Shown: piece by piece, positions 13,851 through 33,982 of the stretch
How the letters are laid out: each line of letters begins with the position of its first letter
Numbering within the stretch: the stretch's first letter is position 1
NCBI GenBank assembly: GCA_963693365.1
Contig: CAVNZM010000017.1
Coordinates: forward strand, 4,888,708 to 4,952,707
DNA length: 64,000 nucleotides
Reading direction: 5' to 3'
Source: Amoebidium appalachense
Taxonomy: Eukaryota > Protista > Ichthyosporea
Translations under genes and position numbers: made by a program
The notes under the pieces: model-generated
Told to the model about the DNA's origin: nothing
Databases searched by the model: none
Seen by the model: the letters and a program-made list of their open reading frames with translations, nothing else

Positions 13851-14889
13851 GCTGTTGGGAAGTGTCGTGCTGATTTCGAATTTCCCCGTGCAAGGTGCCC
13901 CAAATGTGTCGCGCTTTCATTGGTTCAGAATTTTTTTCTAAAGTTGTCGACCATATGATTGGTGATAGATCATGACTAGATTTAGAATCAGGCCCAGCTG
14001 CAGTCAGTGTTACGCGGGGGCCCGGGGCGAGACTTACAATAGCCTAGTAAGACAGACGGTGTGAGTTTTAACTCACGAGTGTGCGAGTGAGCGCACGTCT
14101 GTGTGCCAGTGGCCATGGGTGGGTGACGGTGGGGGGTGCATGGATCGTGGGGTGGAGGGGGATACATGTATGCACACACCCACACAGGCGCCACACGCAA
14201 ACACACACGTACACACGCGCGCCGCACCCCACGCACGTGCACACATACGCACATCAACACGTCACACACACAAACACTGTACACACACACGCGCACACAC
14301 ACAACACTGTACATGTGTATGACAACGATTGCCGCACAACCGGTATGACATCACGATAGAGAGAGAGAGATGGCTGGGAGCTCGAGGGGGACCCCGGGCG
14401 GAGGGGGGAAGACAAAGAGGTCAGACTCTCCAAGGGGAGAAAAGGAAAGAGATAAGGACGGGGGAGGTACGGAGAAAGCACCTTGCGTTAGTTGATCAAA
14501 ATGTAAATATCGTTGTACCACGTGCATGTGCGGAATACATCAGGGGACACACACGTGCACCGGGTACAGTACGTGGAATATATTTTAGAAATACATCATA
14601 GAGAGTAATCATATCGTACACACCCGGCCATGTACATATGCCCGGAGCATTGCCAAATCAAAAAAAAAGTATATGATACATACCACTGTACATCTGCGGC
14701 AAAAAAACAAACCAAGGCAAAACAAAACCATGTCGTTCATTCAGTGGGGCCAGTTTCAAACGCTTAATGGTTCACCCATGCACATTTGTGGAGATTCATA
14801 ATGACACTACTGACAGCAATACCTCTCAGAAACCGTACATGTCGTTTTCACAACCTGTACATATGGAGTACGCCACAATAGACAGCCAA

Positions 14890-15034
14890 TTAGGCGGACC
14901 AGTTGATCTGGCCGTTAAATAGGGGCTTGTGGTAGTTTGGATGGCACAGAGACCGAACCTCATGCTCCAGCTGCAACACAATCTGCAGGGAAACGAAAAA
15001 AAATTCGTTAGCCACAGAATATCATACAGCAGAC

Positions 15035-15065
<31 letters not shown>

Positions 15066-15155
15066 AAAAAAAAAAAAAAAAGGACCGGGTGGTCAATTTG
15101 GGAGAGCCCCCCAATCCACGTATTGCAGGCATAGCTACCCAAAACGCATGAGGCA

Positions 15156-15188
<33 letters not shown>

Positions 15189-15201
15189 GGGGGGGGGGGG
15201 G

Positions 15202-15255
<54 letters not shown>

Positions 15256-15403
15256 AAGCGTGCATGTGTGTGTTTGCTGTGTGTGCGCGTGCTTCTGTAT
15301 TCAGGTGTGTGTGACGGTGTGTAAATGTGTGTGTGTGCGTGCGCGCGTGCATCTTTGTGCGTCTGTGTGTGAGTGTAGAGGCGCGACGGATGACAGTGGT
15401 GGT

Positions 15404-15438
<35 letters not shown>

Positions 15439-16136
15439 AAGGGAGGAAGGAGGGGGGAGGGGGGTCAGTGAAGGGAAGATCCACACACCTCTCCGGTTTC
15501 GAGATCAGTAATCTCTCTCGTGCGGAATTGTGCACATTCCAATGCCAGTTCTACTGTAGTCACCTTGTCCGAGTACCTGCATGACACCAAGCCAATCAGA
15601 ACAAGGCACGGCATTGGAAATTGTGTTACAAATAGGCAATATGCACTGGGTGTTTCTCTTATATAACCCCTCTCCCCCCCCCCCCCCTCTCCCCCCTCCC
15701 CCCTTCCCCCCCCCGGGGGCTCTCATATTATTAGTAAATAAACAAAGATCGATGCCAAAGGATATGGTCCCTTACCCAATATTCCTACCCGTCTCCTCTG
15801 CCACCATCCCTACCACAACACACAGACACAGAGGCACACACGAACACACGAGCGCGCGCGTGCATGCACGAGCGCGCGCGTGCACACGCACGCACACACG
15901 CACACGCACACACGCACGCATGCACGCACGCACGCACGCACGCACACACGAACACACACACACACGCACACAGAGGAAGGGGGAGGAGGGGGGGAGGGGG
16001 TCGATTGCAGAGCAACCGAATTTTTTTGAAGGAACTTAGCCATTGGATAAGAGAATGCAAGTGATGAAAATCGAGAGCGGAAGGCACGAGCCGGGGGGTA
16101 GGGAGGGGGGTAGGGGGAGACGAAGGGGGGGAGGGG

Positions 16137-16167
<31 letters not shown>

Positions 16168-16526
16168 TAAAATGTGTTATAGAGTACGGAGTAAAAATTA
16201 ATGACGGACAACACGATGTAGAGTGCAACGTACACACAAGGAGTATGCATAACAAACAGGGCCTATCCTCAAGGAAGAATACACACTACAGTATATAGTG
16301 CAAACTGTAGTGCAAAAAATAAAATAAAAAATGTTTGTGTGTGTGTGTGTGTGTGTGGGGAGGGGGGGGGGGGGGGGGGGGGGGGGAAGGGGGGGGGGGG
16401 TAGCATACACATGCTTAGTGTCGATAAGATTCTTTGCAGCAAACTTTTTGAAAGTGGAAGTGAATTGGGCAATGTAGATGCACACGTGGTGGTGGTCGTA
16501 CAGGCCTAGGTTGTCCACCTCAATGA

Positions 16527-16581
<55 letters not shown>

Positions 16582-17046
16582 TCCGTGTGTGTGTGTGGGG
16601 GGGAGGGCGGAGGGAGGGAGGGAAGGGGAGGGGAGAGGGGGGGGGGGGGGGGGCTTGGGGAGAAATATTGTCACCGAGAATCGTGGTCTCATAGGAATGC
16701 ACGAAAGCACACACCACCCAATTCGATTCACATCCCATCCTGATAGGCAGATGGAGGGGTGCGGCAGGCGAACGTGCATGTCCAAAAACAATATTTGGGA
16801 ACAAACAAACACAGAGGCACGTAGCTCATAACTCCATCCCCGTCCCCCTCCCCCCTTCCCCCCTCTCCCCCCCCCCCTTCCCCCCCCCCCCTCCCCTCCC
16901 CCCCCCCCAAAAAAGCGCAGCAAAACTACCAACTCGGCAAATTTCTTTTTGCCTATGATCACAATCATTCAAAACTCCATTTTGGTTTCCTGCACCAGCC
17001 ATGGTAGGTTTTCTTTGTTACATCGTTTTCTTAGTAAACCTCGATA

Positions 17047-17094
<48 letters not shown>

Positions 17095-18065
17095 CGGCTC
17101 CCCTTCCTCCTCGTTCCCCCCCTTTCCTTTCCCCCGGGGAAGTTACCTGAAGTCCTGTTGCGGCCCCACCAGCACGGACGCTCCCACGGTCTCCCCATCC
17201 TCATTTTTGATTGGCTCCCAGAGTGCTCCAAACATCGCTTCATAAAATCGCCCAATCGTCTGCGACGTTCCCCTCCGGCACTCAAGTTCCAAAAACATAA
17301 TTCCCACTCCGTGTCTAAAGGGGTTCGAATTTACGGCCCCGGCAATGGGTTTTGGGGGTGCCATGCCGGAACTTGCGAGTTTCTCTGCTTCGAATTTGTC
17401 GTTTTCCAACTTCCCGAAAATCTTGAAATGGTTTCCGTATCGGCCGGTGACGAAGACAAACGGCGGCTGGGAGATTTGAGCCAATCAGAAATCAGAAACA
17501 GCAGAGGAAACCAGAATTAAAATCTACCGTAGCCAATCAAAATCTAGAAAGCCCACAGGAGCCAATCAGAATTAAGAAAGCCCCAGAAGCCAATCAGAAC
17601 CCAGAGGGGCATAAGATTTGTCACACCCCCAGACGTAAAATCGTTCCCTAGTTTATACAAAACATCTTCACTCTCAGCTATCGCCAAGTCTGAAATGTCA
17701 TCCCTTCTCAGCCTCCCTTATTTTCCGCACACTTTAGTCTTACTACCAGATATTTGGAAAAAAATCCCCACCCCCCCTCAACCAGACTAGCCACATACAC
17801 TTCAAGTCCGGTTTGATTCGTTCGTCACATTGCATATCTAAAAATTAAACCCACGAATCAATGATTAAAGTTTGATTTTATTCCCACCTGGTCTGGCCAA
17901 TCATTGCACTCCTCATACTTGAACCTCGATCCAACCATGAGCTGTGTCTGTTCGAGTTCTCCCAAGCGGTTTAGAACCTGCAGGAGGGTAGGTGAGAAGG
18001 TGGAAAGGCGCATGGAGGGAGGGGGGGGGGGGGGGGGGGGGGGGGGCGCTTGAGAAACACACACA

Positions 18066-18126
<61 letters not shown>

Positions 18127-19393
18127 GCACACACACATACACACAAATACAACCCCCCCCCCCCCCCCCCCCCCACACACACACATTTAGGGGGGAGGGG
18201 GGGGGGGAGAGGGAGGGGGAGGAGGAACATCTGGCCCAAACCCGCTAATTCAAAAAATAGGGTATTTATTTTAAGGGTGTACCGCATCCAATCGGCTGAT
18301 ATGACTTCCAAAAATCGGATCATCTAAGCCAGCGAATCAATTTCGGTAACGGCCAATCCAAGCCGTTGCGGCAGAAAAAACTGGTATGCTCAGCGGGTTG
18401 TTCAAACTTACATCGGACTTAATCGCAGTAATCATAGCGCAAAACCGTGCAATAAAGCAGTATACGGATAGTATAACACCATATTCTAAAGCAGCAGAGT
18501 TTGCGCTCGTTTCTACTAGAAAAAAGCGCGCTTTGTTCTTTAGCTATTGGGGCGGTAGATTCACCGCCCGCTACAGAAATATTACTGCGTTCATAATCAG
18601 ATCGACGAAAAAGGAAGGAGATCGGAAAGCGGAAATCAGGCCCCCGAGCTTTAGCGCAAGTTGGCGCTATGGTAGAGAGACTAGAGAAGGAGAAAGGAAG
18701 GAAGGGGGGAAGGAGGGGGGGCCGGGGAGAATAGAGGGGGAGAGCACCAAAGAGCAAATGAGAAGAAGGGAAATAAGAAACGTAACCGAAAGGCTATCTG
18801 CCTTAACATACACAAAAGAGGGAACATGGAACTTCGGCAGTTGAATGCGAACCCCTGTTTGGGGGGGGGGGGGGGGGGAGGGGGCTCGGAGGGAGGGGGG
18901 GGGGGGGTTGAATGCGTCAAAAGTACGAAGTACACAAGAACAAACGGACAACACGATGCAGAATGCAAGCCATACATAAAGAGTATGCATAAGCAGAGCC
19001 CATCCTCAGGGGAGGCCCACGTCATCCAGAGTACCCGAGTTTCGACCTATTCACCTCGTTAACGAAACCCAACTCAGATACTGTTTCACTTGAACGTGGG
19101 TAGGTCCCGTCTTGATCAGAGACGAGCAGGGTTGCTTATGCAGGCAAGGGCAGTGGGAAAGGCCGGGGTTAAAGTTGCAGCAGTAAGCAGAAGCAAGAAA
19201 AATATAGATAGGAACTCAGGAGACGGGGCTTCTAGGGGGGGGTGAGGATGTGTTGCATTTATAACGGACAACACAATGGAGATTGCGAAGCACACATAAA
19301 GAGTATGCATCATAAGCAAATAATATCCATTATCATAGGGGGCCAAGTCATCCACGGTTGTGTGGAGAGGGGGAAGGGGTTAAGGTGGGAGGG

Positions 19394-19428
<35 letters not shown>

Positions 19429-19655
19429 AATGGATTGAAAGTGAAAACAGTCAGGCAGTTCTCCGCACATATTCGTATGTAGAAAGTCCAACGATCAGGC
19501 AACAAAACCTTCTTCTTCTGATTTCCGTATTATTCCTGCCCCCCCCCCCCCCCCCCCCCACCCCCTCCCTCGGGGTCTCCCACGACTGCCTCCTCCACTC
19601 CAGGCACCCAAGAATACTACAGACACTATGAACCAGTCCCTTTAGCTACATCATC

Positions 19656-19686
<31 letters not shown>

Positions 19687-19969
19687 CCGCTCCCCCCCCC
19701 CCCCCCCCCCCCCCCCTCCCCCACCCCCATTTTCCCCTCTTTGCCACAACATCACAACACAAGGCCTCCCAGCTGGGCACACACACACGTGAACACATTC
19801 TTCACCAGCCCTTCCCTCCCCTGTCTTCCCAAATTCCCAATGCTCCCCCCCACCCCCCCCCCCACCCCCCCAAACACACGCACATCTTCATGCTTTGCCC
19901 ACACACAGTGTACAAGCAATCTCTCTCTCACTCTCACACACACTCTCTCACACTCTCTCTATCTCTCTA

Positions 19970-20039
<70 letters not shown>

Positions 20040-21046
20040 CCTCTCTCCCTCTCTATCAGATATGCCTACACACCCACCTCGTCAAGTCTGGGCACCAGCA
20101 AGCCCACGGCCCCCCTCAGCCTCTGTGCCGTGTCTGCGTGGGGCAGATGGAACTGCTGCAGCCCAACATTCACCCACATGCCCCCATGCCCTGTCACCAT
20201 GGTGTACGGATCTGCTCGCCGGGGTCAATAAGTTAGATCTCTTCAAAGCTCTTTCTTGCCCTGTCACTCTCGTACTCTCCTTTCGCTTCCCAACCCTTCC
20301 CCCCCTCGCCCTCCCCTACCCTTTCTCTTCTCTCGCTCCCCCCACCCCCCCTCTCCCCGCCATTCCACTGGACTTCCTCCTCTCCGCTGGGCTCTCCCCT
20401 ACGCCTACCCTCACTTCATGTGTTTGCAGTGAGGATTTGGGCAGCCCTGCCCGAAGCACCCATTCCCTCCATTCTTTTTCAATTGCCCCTACTCCCTTCT
20501 TGTTATTATGTGTCCTCTCCTTAAACCCACCCCACCCCTTCCTTTTGCTAGGCCACTGTCGACATATACCCCCTCCCCCCCCTCCTCCCCTTCCCCCTCC
20601 CCCCTCCCCCCCCCCCCCCTCCCCCCTCTCCCCCCCGGCCCAAAAAAAAAGAAAGAGAGAGAGAAGAAAAAAAGAGAGAGAGAAAGGAACACAAGAAAGC
20701 CTTCAAAACCTAAGGACAGGAAAACATTAACCAAGGAAACGACTGGGAGATCATTATTAAATTGTGTTGTGTCTGTCGAATCTTAGAAGGCTTGGGCCAG
20801 CACTTGAACATTACAAACCCCACAACGACACACAAGGCAAAACAGCGGCCATACACGTTATGCTTGGTCACAGCGGTCACTCACCACGCGAGAGGCCAAG
20901 GGCCCAACAAAAGAAGTCATGAGCGCGCCTCTGGTCTGGTATGGTCACGTTGAGATGCTCAAACAGAACGATGTTGCCTACATCCTGGCTGAGACGAACG
21001 GCCGTGGGTACAACATAGCGCAGAGGGGGATCCGGTAGAGCAGCAC
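14890..21046 (-). CDS. VOC/glyoxalase-superfamily protein of a bacterial-type uncharacterised family; 5' exons uncertain (possibly up to ~23150)
   Basis: Phase-compatible exons 21046-20885, 20211-20078, 17977-17888, 17466-17147, 16528-16409, 15576-15489, 14982-14890(TAA): QDVGNIVLFEHLNVTIPDQRRAHDFFCWALGLSRDPYTMVTGHGGMWVNVGLQQFHLP..GIMFLELECRRGTSQTIGRFYEAMFG..YDHHHVCIYIAQF..AQFRTREITDLETGEIVLQLEHEVRSLCHPNY. Confidence 0.85.
16168..16274. repeat. Diverged truncated copy of the G/C-tract-anchored repeat family
   Basis: After a G-run: aatgtgttatagagtacggagta..acggacaacacgatgtagagtgcaa..gagtatgcataa..atcctcaagga, similar to 18908-19010. Confidence 0.75.
17479..17602. repeat. Four tandem AGCCAATCA(G/A)AA units in a VOC-gene intron
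   Basis: agccaatca at ~17479, 17531, 17559, 17588. Confidence 0.75.
18908..19149. mobile_element. Long copy of the dispersed repeat family with multi-stem structured domain (SINE-like element or LTR remnant)
   Basis: Homologous to 62232-62514 over its length; begins at a G-run; nested inverted repeats closed by tgcataagca/tgcttatgca. A further diverged partial copy follows at 19263-19355. Confidence 0.75.
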
Positions 21047-22341
21047 CTGTGGAAAATGAGTCTTTGGGTAAGCATGTCTAAATAGAAACCACGAATTTTC
21101 GATTCAAATATCAAGTAAATGGTGTGTTCTGGGAAACAGAGTAGGAGATGGGTACCTATGAGCAAGTAGCGTTTTCGAGCAGTCTTAGTTTAATTAGGAT
21201 TTGGGGGAAACGGGGCGCGCTGTTTAGAGTAATGAAGAGTTACTTGTCCAAGCTTTTCCATTTTGTCAGATCTAAAACCATTTTGTCAAGAAGTTCTCTG
21301 CTCGTTTCCTTCTGAAGCAAAGAATGCCAAGAATGATAAGGAAGAAATTGATAGCGTGAGTTTGCTGCCCAGTCAAAAACCAGCACACATGTCCAGCCCC
21401 TGGAAGGATCATATTGCCATGTTGAGAAGGAGAACGTAGCAAAAGGGTTAAGGGAGAATGAGGCTCAACTTTCTCATTGAAGAAAGAGTTCAAGGGCGGT
21501 GGAAAGTAGGGTATAGAGTGGAAGCTGGTGATAATTTCTTTTTGAAGATTTCTTTTTGTGAGTACCCACCGTGATGCATGTTGGTCTCAGCAATGAATCC
21601 TCACTCACAAATGTGATGCCTCGTACGCAGCCCGGATCCTAGGCGACTGTCCAAAAGTTTGAACCAGGCGTCTACACAGAAACCTATATATAGCTCCACA
21701 CTTCAAGACCTCCTATGTCTTCCCTACTACATACAATAGACCTCTTCTTTCAATGAGCTGCAACAAAGGACACGCCACGCCAACCGTAACGTGTTGCAAT
21801 TGTGCGCTGTTTGCACTGGTTTGGGTCTGTTTTGGGGGTAGTTGCCAAAATAGGCAAGTGGCTCACAGGCTCTTTTGAATGGGAGTGGAAGAAATTCAGC
21901 AATAGCTGTTGGCGTATTTGTAATTTAGGTAAACCAATCAAATCGAGCAACTTTGGCGGCCCGTTCAAACCGTTTAGGCTTGCTCCCATCATCCTGGCCG
22001 AGCTGGCCCCCCTCTCCCCTTCTCCTCCAACTTCAAGTTTCCTCTTTCTCTTACACACAGTCCCAGCCCCCTTACCCCCAATCTCTCCTCCCCTAATCCC
22101 CTCTCTCTCGTCTGTCTCTCTCCCACTCTCCCGAATTCCATCTCCCTCCCTCTGTCAGCTTCCTCCCCCCCCCCCCCCCCCCCCCCCCTCAGCTCACACA
22201 CACACACACACACACACACACCCCCCCCCCCCCCCCCCCTCTCCTTCCCACTCCCCCTCCGTCCCATGCCCTTTTCTTTCTCTCATGTTGCATGTCCGGA
22301 TCCCTCCCTCCCTCCCTCTTCCTTTTTCTTTCTCTCGGTGT

Positions 22342-22552
<211 letters not shown>

Positions 22553-23689
22553 CTTATCATCCTTGTACAAATATCTCAGCGTTTTTAAAATTTCTCTGTA
22601 GCTACCTCCATTTTATATGGCGTTTATCCCCCCCCCCCCCCCCCCCCCCCTCACCACCCGTCTTCTCTCTCGCCCGCAGAGACTCAGTGGTGCTTTTGTG
22701 TTAGATGAGACAGTGTGTGTGGGCGGTTGGTGGGGAGTGGGTATTGAGGGTAGGCCCGGGTGTGGGGTGGGGGGTTAGGGGGTCACATGCTCTCTCCGCC
22801 CCCTCCCCCTCTCCCCCTCTCCCCCCTCCCCCAAAAGAACTTATAATAAACATAAATGTCAATAAAATATTGAAAATCAGCACACACGTGTTGGGGTACA
22901 GATTCAAAGGGACGCACCCTCTCGTAGTCCCCCCCTGGTACTCTTGCGCAACCTTAATAAATGAACCTGGCAGATAGCAGCTGCACAATCACACATAGTG
23001 CGGACTGTGTCTGCACGGAAGATTCTACGTTGTTTCTTTCCTTTTCATTCTTTTATTTTTTGGGAGGGGAGGGGGGGGGAGAGGAGGGGAAGGGAAGGGT
23101 AGACGGAATCTAGTGGCATCTACAGCCAGAGTCTATGGCCGTCCCCATGGTTTTTTGTGTGCAATTGTGATGGTGGTGGTGGTGGGTGTGTGTGTGTGTG
23201 CGCGGGGGGGAGGGGGGAGGGGGGGGGGGGGGGGGGAGGGGGGAGGGGGGGGAAGGACCGGGGAGGTGGGCCAGGCGGCCATAGCCAACCGGGCGCGTGT
23301 GTGTGAGGGGGAAAGAAGGGAGGGGAGGGGGTTGAGGGGAGGGAAATGGAGTGAAGGGACGGAGCCAGTGGGGAGTACCGTGTACGCGTGTGTGCCCGTG
23401 TACTTTTGTGCGTATGTGAAAGTGCGTGTGCGGCATGTGTGCGCGTGCGCGTGTGCGTGTATGTTCCCGTGGTTGACAGCGTGTGAGTAAAAATTCTCTA
23501 ATTCTTTCTTTCTTTTCTTTCTTCTTTTTTTTTCAATATTAATTTGCAGAGGGGGAGGGGGAGGAGGGGGGGGGGGGGGGAGATGGGGGTTGGAGGATTT
23601 TGCCTCCTTGCGAAAGCCAGGGCATCAGTAGCATGTGCATGATCACCCGAGGTTTCCTCGGAAGCTTTGCGCAACATTTACGCAATAAA

Positions 23690-23856
23690 ACTTAGATGGC
23701 GCGACATGGCGCCGCAGCGCTGCAGATCTTCACGCGTCACATGGGGCGGAAAAGAAGGCCCTTTTCCCGGCCGTTTTCCCCCCCTACTGCTTGAAACATC
23801 TCTTGTTCATGGGAGTAATTAGACACGGTTATAAATAGTGTCATAGTAGCGCTACC
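23690..23856 (+). promoter_or_regulatory. Putative (bidirectional) promoter between divergent VOC and HAD genes
   Basis: Repeat-free CpG-rich island with two ATGGCG motifs (~23696, 23706) and TATAAAT at ~23830 just before the HAD ATG. Confidence 0.4.
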
Positions 23857-30874
<7,018 letters not shown>

Positions 30875-31370
30875 GTGTCAAAGAATATATTTTGATTATC
30901 ATAACGTAATTTTTGGTTTTGAAGAATGTATTCTGGCTTTAAAATGTATTCATAGGAATCGATGAATATATTCTGATTTTGGGGTGGATACGGAGAAGAA
31001 TATGTCTGTTAGTCTTGTCATTTCCTAATGTGATTTCTAAGCATCGTAAATTATGATGTTAGTTTTTTTTTTTGCTTGGCATGGCTAATAAGTAGCGTAG
31101 GTATATATACTTGTTGGTGTGTGTGTAGTTATTTTGTGTGCTTGCACATGCTAAGGAAGTCCGTGATTTAAGGTGTGTAGGTGCTTTTGCATGGCAAATA
31201 ATCGGCAAATAATCGACTCGTGTACATTTGTTTGGGCGAAGATTTAGTTGAGCATTTGATGAGCAATACTTTGCTTTTTATTTGTGGTTTGTCCTTTGCA
31301 TAGTCTTGACTTAGCACATGCACACACCCACATGCACATCCACCCACACACGCAGGTGCGTGCGTGCGCG

Positions 31371-31430
<60 letters not shown>

Positions 31431-31905
31431 GACAGACAGACACACACCCCTTTCGTCAATTGCCAAGAGCATTGACCATCACACTCTTGAGACCATGTGC
31501 AGCCGGTACATAGAGAGTATTCATATCTGTGATTTCAATCCACACAAGCACAGTGTCACCCCAGCTTCAAAATCACTCACAACTCTAAAAACACCTAAGA
31601 CCCTGTTTTTGTAAAAAACTAAAAGTAAAGTAGTAATATTTGTTTACAGCAACTGAGGATTCTGATAATGAAACGAACTATAACTGGTGGCGTGTTCTTT
31701 GTACCATATGACTCATTGACGGGAAATAATTTACCGAGACTGTGATCCGGTGTCGTGGCTAATCCGAGTATGATGCAATAGACTTCAAATTTAAAATTAA
31801 AAGGAGGAGGTACTCTATCTCATGGTCATGAATATTACCATGGTGTTTGTGCACACAACCCCCCCCCCCCCCCCCCCCCCCACACACACAAGCACACGCA
31901 CACAC

Positions 31906-31989
<84 letters not shown>

Positions 31990-32430
31990 GCACACACGCT
32001 GTACACACAAACACAATGTCATGTACACCGGTACCCCTACTTTTTTTTATTGTTTTAAAACAACGTTTTTTTGCACGCGCCAAAGTATCCACCCTCCGTG
32101 CCCCCAAACTCCCCCCCTTCCGGATCCACCCGCTCCCCCCCCCCCCCCCCCCCCCCCCCTTGGTTTGCCCCTCAAGATCACCACTACCACCACAGTTATG
32201 GGTCTGATGTTTACCGGGTAGCTATATCCTCTTCTTCTTTTTGACTTTGTTTTTGTGGTTGTCTCCTCCAAAAAAATGAATCAAAGCGCATGTGGTTTTG
32301 TTTGAAATTTCCCTGCGTAGTGTGCGTGTGTGTGTGTGTGGCCGTGTGGCCGTGTGTGTCTGGGGGGGGAGGGAGGTCCATACACACACTGACCGTGTGT
32401 GTGTGTACATGTGTGTGTGTATGTGTGTGT

Positions 32431-32461
<31 letters not shown>

Positions 32462-32939
32462 GGAGGGGGGGAGCGGGTGGAAAGGGGGAGTTTGGGGGCG
32501 CGGAGGGAGGGCACGGGGGGTGGGAGCGTGTGTGTGTGTGTTTTTTTTAGAGGGGGGAGGAGGGGGGGGGGGGGGGGGGGGGAGGGAGAGGGGGGGAGGG
32601 GAGAGGGGGGTTTAGGCCTAGGTTTGCCCTGCAAGCACCACAAAAGAGGACATGGTTAACTTTTTGTTTCTCTTATTATTTGAGTTGCACGGGTGCACAG
32701 TAGCGGGAGCAATACATCGATGATTCAATACATATATTGGGGCATCATTTACATGTTCGCCTTTTTAGCAGTGTCTGAGTTGTTATATGTGGCTCTAAAA
32801 CATTCATACTACGACATATTCCGAAATACCAATAAATACGAATTACTACCTCAGAAATACCGATAAATACGAAATACAACCCTCCGGCCTCCCCCTTCTC
32901 CCCCCCCTTCCCCCCCCCCCCCCCCCCCCATATAGACGA

Positions 32940-33009
<70 letters not shown>

Positions 33010-33723
33010 CGCGCGTGCGTGCGTGCGCGTGTGCGTGTGTCTGCGCAACTGCGCGTGCCAGCTGCATCCGTTTGCATGTGCACGTGTCCATTCGTGTACG
33101 CGCAAGCGTGTGTGTGCCGGTATCATTGCAAATGATAACAACTCTAACGTTCAAGTAGGATCACTTTCACGGCATGAGAGTACGTGTTCATGACATTGTG
33201 CGTGTGCATGCGTGCAAGTTGTGCCCTATGGTGCAAGACACAGCCACATAGCAATGGTTGTGTTTCTTCGCGTGTTTGCATTGTTTCACATACATCCAAT
33301 CTGTTAATAACCTGCACAGTTCATAGGCTAGTATGTGTATGCACACGCATAGCCTCCCACAGGACACATAGGGGAGGAGGGAAGAAAGAAGGTGGGTGGG
33401 TGGGTGGGCGGGCAGGCGGGCAGGGGGAAAGGGGGGGAGAGGGGGAGGGGAGGGGAGGGGGGAAGGGATGATCGAATACACATCGATATGTTCGAAATCG
33501 CATGTAGAGATCGGTTTGGAGAGCAGGCAACAACCACGTTAACTTGCCAGATCGGATCGCAGATCGGCCATAATCCGTATGAACTCGTCGTAGCTGACCC
33601 GATCGGCATATCGGCAAAACCTGCCAATGAGTGAAAAACCGAATTAGGGCATGATCGTTACTAACATTAGTGTTGAACTGAGCGTTTCATGTTTGCCTCT
33701 CTGTGGTTATTTCGTTTCCACTA

Positions 33724-33982
33724 CAGGGGTCCCTCGCACGTTAATACACCTTCATATCGATACATTCGGCACATTGAGACACTCACTGCCCGGCCTGCAC
33801 GATAGTAACAGGGAGACAGCAAAAAAAAAACTTTCCCTTTACTTATGTATAATTACATAGATGCGACACGACATGTGGTAATTCACAAATAATTCTGCCG
33901 TGTTCGAGTATTAATACACCTCGAGTATTGATACACTTTGGAACCTAATCCAATGTGTATTAACGTGCAAGGGTCTATACTT
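33724..33982. mobile_element. Tigger/pogo-like MITE, degenerate right end
   Basis: Left TA|caggggtccctcgcacgttaatacac; right gtgtattaacgtgcaagggtctatac (inverted match); internal repeats cgagtatt(a/g)atacac x2. Confidence 0.65.

Noticed and set aside
18996-19080. Hammerhead ribozyme in the structured repeat (CTGAGGA and CGAAAC on minus strand)
   Set aside because: The two core motifs are in the wrong order and are not joined by a stem II; not a canonical hammerhead.
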